From positions 1 to 64,000 of the forward strand of contig CAZUFC010000001.1 in assembly GCA_964619725.1 (NCBI GenBank): 64,000 nt of DNA. Reading direction: 5' to 3'. The position numbers and the translations under genes were made by a program. Under the pieces are notes generated by a model. The model did not search any database and was not told the origin of the DNA. It saw only the letters and a list, made by a program, of their open reading frames with translations. The first letter of the stretch is position 1; every line of letters starts with the position of its first letter. Below, piece by piece: positions 59,634 through 64,000 of this stretch. The stretch is from an uncultured bacterium. GTDB lineage: Bacteria > CSSED10-310 > CAZUFC01.

Positions 59634-62357
59634 ATGAAAAAAATCGGCCTATTGACGGTTGCCATCGGATTCCTGGGCATAATTGCAGCCGGAACTGCCG
59701 CTCAAGCCGGCATATTCGGCGACGGCTACTCCCTTAAGGTTACTAAAAACGACAGGGAAACCAGAGTCTCCATTAAGATAAAAATCGACGACTTTCAACT
59801 TTCTACTAAACGTGTGCAGGGAGTTCCCTATACCATACCTGTAATAGCCGATGCCGGATACGCCGGCGCTCCGGGCGAACCTTATCTCCCCATTATCGGT
59901 CATTTCATACAAATATCAGACACTCAAAGGGCGGAACTCTCAATGACCGAACTTAAAACCGCCGAGTATTTCCTGGATTCTGAAATATTGCCTGTCCAGG
60001 ATGACCAGGAACCTGTCGATGTAAACAGGATAACGAGTTACGACGAAACAGCTTACTCAAGTTCACATATTTTACCGGAAAAGACCGTTTTCATAAGCAA
60101 GCCTATGATATTGAGAGACGTCCGCGTGGTTCAGCTCGGATATTGTCCTGTCCGTTACGATCCTGTAAGGAATTCTATAATGTTGATCGAAGAGGCTGAA
60201 GTGCATCTGACCATGCAGGGTCCGGACGACGTAAACGTAAAAACCGTCAACCGGGGGATCACGCCGTCCTGGAAAAAGTTGTATGAAGCTGTTGTGATAA
60301 ATTTTGAGCGAGGTTCGAATGATCGAACGGGCGAACTGGAGCATTACCTGCTGGTGATGCCGGACGAATACGAATCGAGATGCCAGGCTTTTATACACTG
60401 GAAGGAGGAGCAGGGATACATCGTGGATATTCTGCGTCTTTCGGAAATCGACGATAATCCTACGACTTACCAGGTGAAAACGGCCATAAGGGATATATAT
60501 GAAAGTGCCTCGCAGCCTTCCTACATGATACTTTTCGGCAATCACAACAACTTTCCTCTGGCTGAATCATACGATAATTACATGCCCGGATGGTATACCG
60601 ACGACGTTTATTATACCTTGATGGAAGGCGACGATTTCCTGCCTGATATATGCAGTTCCCGCATCCCCGCAGAAACGCCCAACGGCGCATCAGTGATATT
60701 GAATCGCGACCTCTACTGGGAACTCACCCCCAATTTGGATAACGAAGAATATTATAAGTCGGCTCTCATGGCCTGTTCGGGACTCTATCAGAGCCAGCAG
60801 ACCGTTAAAGAGCAAAATGCCGTCAGACTCACGGATTATCTGGACTACGAATCGATCCATACCATGTATGACTGGACCGGCCAGTCGCTGAGCCAGGTTA
60901 AAAGCTGGATAAACGACGGAGTTTCGATCATCAATTACCGGGGCGAAGGGTGGCAGTCCGGATGGAACCCCGGACACGCCTACAGCTTCCACTATGACGA
61001 CGTCTGGACATTGCAGAATGAAGACCGTTTTCCCATCATAACCAGCGTGGGATGCGGCGTCAGTATGTTCGGCGACGGTTCAACATGCTTCAGCGAAGCC
61101 TGGATTCTTCTGGGCGACATGATTACCGTCAGAGGCGCTGCCGCCATATACGGTCCCTCCTGGAATACGCGCACCACCTTCAACAACTGGATGGACAGGG
61201 GCATCTACCGCGGGTTCGCCTATCACGACGTCAACCAGCTTGGAATGGCTTGTCTCTACGGAAAACTATACATGTACAACCATTTCCCGGAACCGCAAAA
61301 CCAGGGATACAATGAAACTCACATCAGGCAATATGTCCTTTTCGGCGCACCCGATATTTGGTGGAGAACAGAATTGCCCCGGGAACCGCTCGTAGGACTG
61401 ACATTTTATCCCGGCTCTTCAAGACCCGCCGTGTGGGTCAGACAGGGGCACAACAAACATATCTGCCCCAACGCACTGCTCAGCGTCATGCTTGAAGACG
61501 ACCGGAGAACATTCTTTACCGACCACGGCGGAGGACATTCCATTACCATCTACGGCATTTGGGAAGAAGAAGGCTTCGACCTCACCGTATCAGGCTTTAA
61601 CCTCCTGCCTTACCAGACATTCATTGAACTCCCCTGGCAACTCAATCCCGACCGAAACCTCATCATAACAGAAATCAAACCCGATATCCCCACCACAGGC
61701 TCCCAAGGCGATATGGTCGAATTGTACAATAACGGCGATGCCGACATCGATCTCCACCGCTGGATCATGACCGACCTCGACGGTTACGATGCCGTCATTA
61801 TTCAGGACCACGCCATACTGCAACCGCAAAAAATCGCAGTCATTGAATTCGTCGGTCCAAACGGCCAGGAAACTATCCAAGAAACTGATTACGGTTTCCG
61901 CATTACTTCGACCGCCTTGCCCTGCTTCTCCTCACTGGAAGACCAGGCCGTCCTAAGAAGCCCCACAGGCATCCCCGTCGACAGCATCGTATGGACGGAC
62001 AAAACAGGACAATCCGCCACCAATGAAGCCCTCGACATGTCAAGATTAACCCCTCCCACCGCACCCTACGACGCAATGGATGAGGAAGCCTGGTGGTCCG
62101 CTCCAGACGAAATATCGCAAATGACTTACGAAAACTACGCCGTCGACTGGTCGGAATTCGCAGGCAACGGAGGCCCAGGATCAATCCAACGAATTTATCA
62201 ACCCGTAAACGCCCTCACTGACCCCGCTGCCCTGCCGGACGACCGCTACGACAGCAAAGACGACTTTATCGTCTCTTCATCGGATAGTTTCGGACAATAC
62301 GGCGCTGCTAATAATCGACTACGACCCGGCTCATTTCTTCGTGTCGACAGCAAATAA
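59634..62357 (+). CDS. Peptidase C25 (gingipain-like) with propeptide and lamin-tail-like domain
   Basis: PGEPYLP propeptide, HWKEEQG, D.YYTL.EGDD..PD, INYRGEG, SVGC, CFSEAW and LFG.P motifs. C-terminal LIITEI..DMVELYN. Confidence 0.8.
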   Translation: MKKIGLLTVAIGFLGIIAAGTAAQAGIFGDGYSLKVTKNDRETRVSIKIKIDDFQLSTKRVQGVPYTIPVIADAGYAGAPGEPYLPIIGHFIQISDTQRAELSMTELKTAEYFLDSEILPVQDDQEPVDVNRITSYDETAYSSSHILPEKTVFISKPMILRDVRVVQLGYCPVRYDPVRNSIMLIEEAEVHLTMQGPDDVNVKTVNRGITPSWKKLYEAVVINFERGSNDRTGELEHYLLVMPDEYESRCQAFIHWKEEQGYIVDILRLSEIDDNPTTYQVKTAIRDIYESASQPSYMILFGNHNNFPLAESYDNYMPGWYTDDVYYTLMEGDDFLPDICSSRIPAETPNGASVILNRDLYWELTPNLDNEEYYKSALMACSGLYQSQQTVKEQNAVRLTDYLDYESIHTMYDWTGQSLSQVKSWINDGVSIINYRGEGWQSGWNPGHAYSFHYDDVWTLQNEDRFPIITSVGCGVSMFGDGSTCFSEAWILLGDMITVRGAAAIYGPSWNTRTTFNNWMDRGIYRGFAYHDVNQLGMACLYGKLYMYNHFPEPQNQGYNETHIRQYVLFGAPDIWWRTELPREPLVGLTFYPGSSRPAVWVRQGHNKHICPNALLSVMLEDDRRTFFTDHGGGHSITIYGIWEEEGFDLTVSGFNLLPYQTFIELPWQLNPDRNLIITEIKPDIPTTGSQGDMVELYNNGDADIDLHRWIMTDLDGYDAVIIQDHAILQPQKIAVIEFVGPNGQETIQETDYGFRITSTALPCFSSLEDQAVLRSPTGIPVDSIVWTDKTGQSATNEALDMSRLTPPTAPYDAMDEEAWWSAPDEISQMTYENYAVDWSEFAGNGGPGSIQRIYQPVNALTDPAALPDDRYDSKDDFIVSSSDSFGQYGAANNRLRPGSFLRVDSK

Positions 62358-62783
62358 ACCGCCGCCCCCCTCCGAAAAAACATCATCCAAGTCGGAAAGC
62401 CTCGTGCCTTCCAAATAATCCCGGAACAGCTTCTGCATCTTGCCCAGAACTCCACCGAATATGCACTTCTTTCCGTCACATACTGACTCGTCGAACAAAC
62501 ACGCCCGCAAAACCGGCGGCCCTTCTATCGCTTCGTATAGCTCCATGAGCGTTATCGAATCAGCTTCCCGGCCTAATACGAATCCGCCGCGAGGGCCTCT
62601 CGTCGATTTAACCAACCCCGTTTTCGACAACCTCTGGAGCACCTTGGATAAATGAGCAGCCGATACATTGAGTCGTTCTGAAATTTGACGGGTCGTCAGC
62701 GATTTGCCTTTATTTGATGCCAGCAATGCCGCCGCATGAAACGCTATCGTCGACGCCTCCGATAATCGAAATATTCCCGACAT
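62331..62783 (-). CDS. Rrf2-family transcriptional regulator, probable Fe-S binding
   Basis: HLSKVLQRL..GLVKSTRGPRGGF, ITL..LYEAIEG and C-x6-C-x4-C. Confidence 0.92.
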   Translation of the reverse strand: MSGIFRLSEASTIAFHAAALLASNKGKSLTTRQISERLNVSAAHLSKVLQRLSKTGLVKSTRGPRGGFVLGREADSITLMELYEAIEGPPVLRACLFDESVCDGKKCIFGGVLGKMQKLFRDYLEGTRLSDLDDVFSEGGGGLFAVDTKK

Positions 62784-63071
62784 CCTACCTCCTCTTCACT
62801 TGCTCCTCTTTCTTTTACTCCAAATATCCCTTCCATTTCAACCATTGCTGTATCGAAATGATGAAAGCCCCTGTTACCGACAATCGATTAAGGGGAAGAA
62901 GACCCGCTGGAACAGTCTCCGACCCCTCCGCAAAGAAAGAACTCAGCATAAAAGCCGAAAAAAAAATCGTATACGGTCATAAAGACTTGACGGCTCATCT
63001 CGGCGTGTTCGATATTCACACCGGGAAAGCGGCAGGATGCCGCTTCTACATTTAATTCTTCGATTATTATT

Positions 63072-63241
63072 GGCATTGATCAAAAAATCGTCTTTTGAGG
63101 TTAAAATTCTACAGAAACTCACATCATTTTATTTCGAATTTGATCCCGGCGATACCGATTCAGACCCCGATAACGAATCCGATCACTGAAACAAACTGTC
63201 GAAAGTTTTGAAACAAGTGTAACCTCTGTTTGATCAGTCCC
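63072..63241 (+). mobile_element. MITE-like element family B, short copy
   Basis: GGCATTGATCAAA...TTTGATCAGTCCC, with internal sequence shared with 52085-52299. Confidence 0.78.
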
Positions 63242-63477
63242 CGGTTTTCAATGAAATTTGCTTTCTTCCGACATCTGAGATTCAGCATTCTGCAGTGTTT
63301 CGTTCAGCTCTATAGAATCCATACGTTGCGGGGACGGACAGGCGATGTGATTTTATAAACAAAAACTGGCTACTTTTATTCTGCCAGGTAGGTCTTTTTC
63401 TTGATCGGTTCTGAATGCTGCGGCTTAATGATCGCAGCGGTTTCAATTTATGAAACAAAAAAAAATTAAAAAAAGTC

Positions 63478-63505
63478 TTGACACAAAAAATTATTCTGGT
63501 ATTCT
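63478..63505 (+). promoter_or_regulatory. Putative sigma70 promoter
   Basis: TTGACA-N16-TATTCT with an extended -10 TG. Confidence 0.55.
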
Positions 63506-63670
63506 AATACCACAATGCTGTTTCGGCTTGCGCCGGAGGGCATTGCTGATGAAACGAGGATGCAGGTCTTTCGTTAAGGACGTTTGAAGGGCCTGTTGGA
63601 TAAAAAGAAAAACTGATCGGTTCAGAGGGGCTATTCCGATGAACTGATTTAATTTGAAGGGAGACAAATC

Positions 63671-64000
63671 ATGAAACGGTTAAATTTTTTACAGACATCA
63701 ATAACGCTGTTGGTTTTTCTGACAGCTTTTGTTTCGGTAAGTAAAGCTCAGTATGCGAATCATTTTCAGAAAATTTTCGATACGGGAACGGATACGGATA
63801 TAACGGCCATGACGAACACGTTTGACGGCGGATACGCAATGGTCGGGACCTACATGGACGACGGAAGATACAAGTATCCGCTTATGATGAAGCTTCACGA
63901 CGATTTTTCTGAGGAATGGACTCGAACGTATGACGTTCTGCAGCTTCCCTACCCCGGCATCATTTTGCCGAAGGACGTTCAGCAGACACATGATGAGGGG
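63671..64000 (+). CDS. Secreted protein, 3'-truncated by window edge (beta-propeller-like DGGY repeats)
   Basis: Not in the ORF track. GAAGGGAG RBS, then MKRLNFLQTSITLLVFLTAFVSVSKA-QYANHF...TFDGGYAMVG...QQTHDEG, open to the end of the window. Confidence 0.75.
   Translation, partial: MKRLNFLQTSITLLVFLTAFVSVSKAQYANHFQKIFDTGTDTDITAMTNTFDGGYAMVGTYMDDGRYKYPLMMKLHDDFSEEWTRTYDVLQLPYPGIILPKDVQQTHDEG

Noticed and set aside
63698-63991. 97-aa minus-strand ORF
   Set aside because: It is antisense to the better-supported + strand gene starting at 63671, which has a promoter, RBS and signal peptide.

Overview
This is a 64-kb bacterial chromosomal window (Gram-negative, since it carries bamD and a probable outer-membrane barrel). 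The host is probably an anaerobe from a poorly characterised lineage; that is an inference from gene content. Left third (1-30 kb): the 3' part of a very large Thr/Pro-repeat surface protein, a GT-C/TPR glycosyltransferase, a B12-radical SAM enzyme, an ABC substrate-binding protein, bamD, a flavin halogenase-like enzyme, a RuBisCO-fold protein lacking its catalytic residues, serC with DUF1015, GalT-like and nitroreductase genes, a collagen-like protein, a 9-heme HAO-family/cytochrome b5/membrane fusion, a REP-associated tyrosine transposase with REP doublets, and a prolyl oligopeptidase. Centre (30.4-52 kb), the main highlight: a self-contained extracellular electron transfer-type locus. It has System II heme maturation (ccsA/resB), seven multiheme cytochromes with about 65 heme motifs, two stand-alone OmcE-like putative nanowire subunits (4 and 5 hemes), two NHL propellers, a beta-barrel, two small membrane proteins, a sigma54 activator with a degenerate ArsC-like domain, and two sigma54 -24/-12 promoters. 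Right end: large secreted enzymes (CapA-like, M14, C25), two of which share a Pro/Thr linker and a conserved ~110-aa C-terminal domain that may be a sorting signal, followed by an Rrf2 regulator. Intergenic DNA holds several MITE/REP families and a 230-233-bp tandem array. I saw no tRNA, rRNA or CRISPR array. All family assignments come from motif recognition, not database searches.
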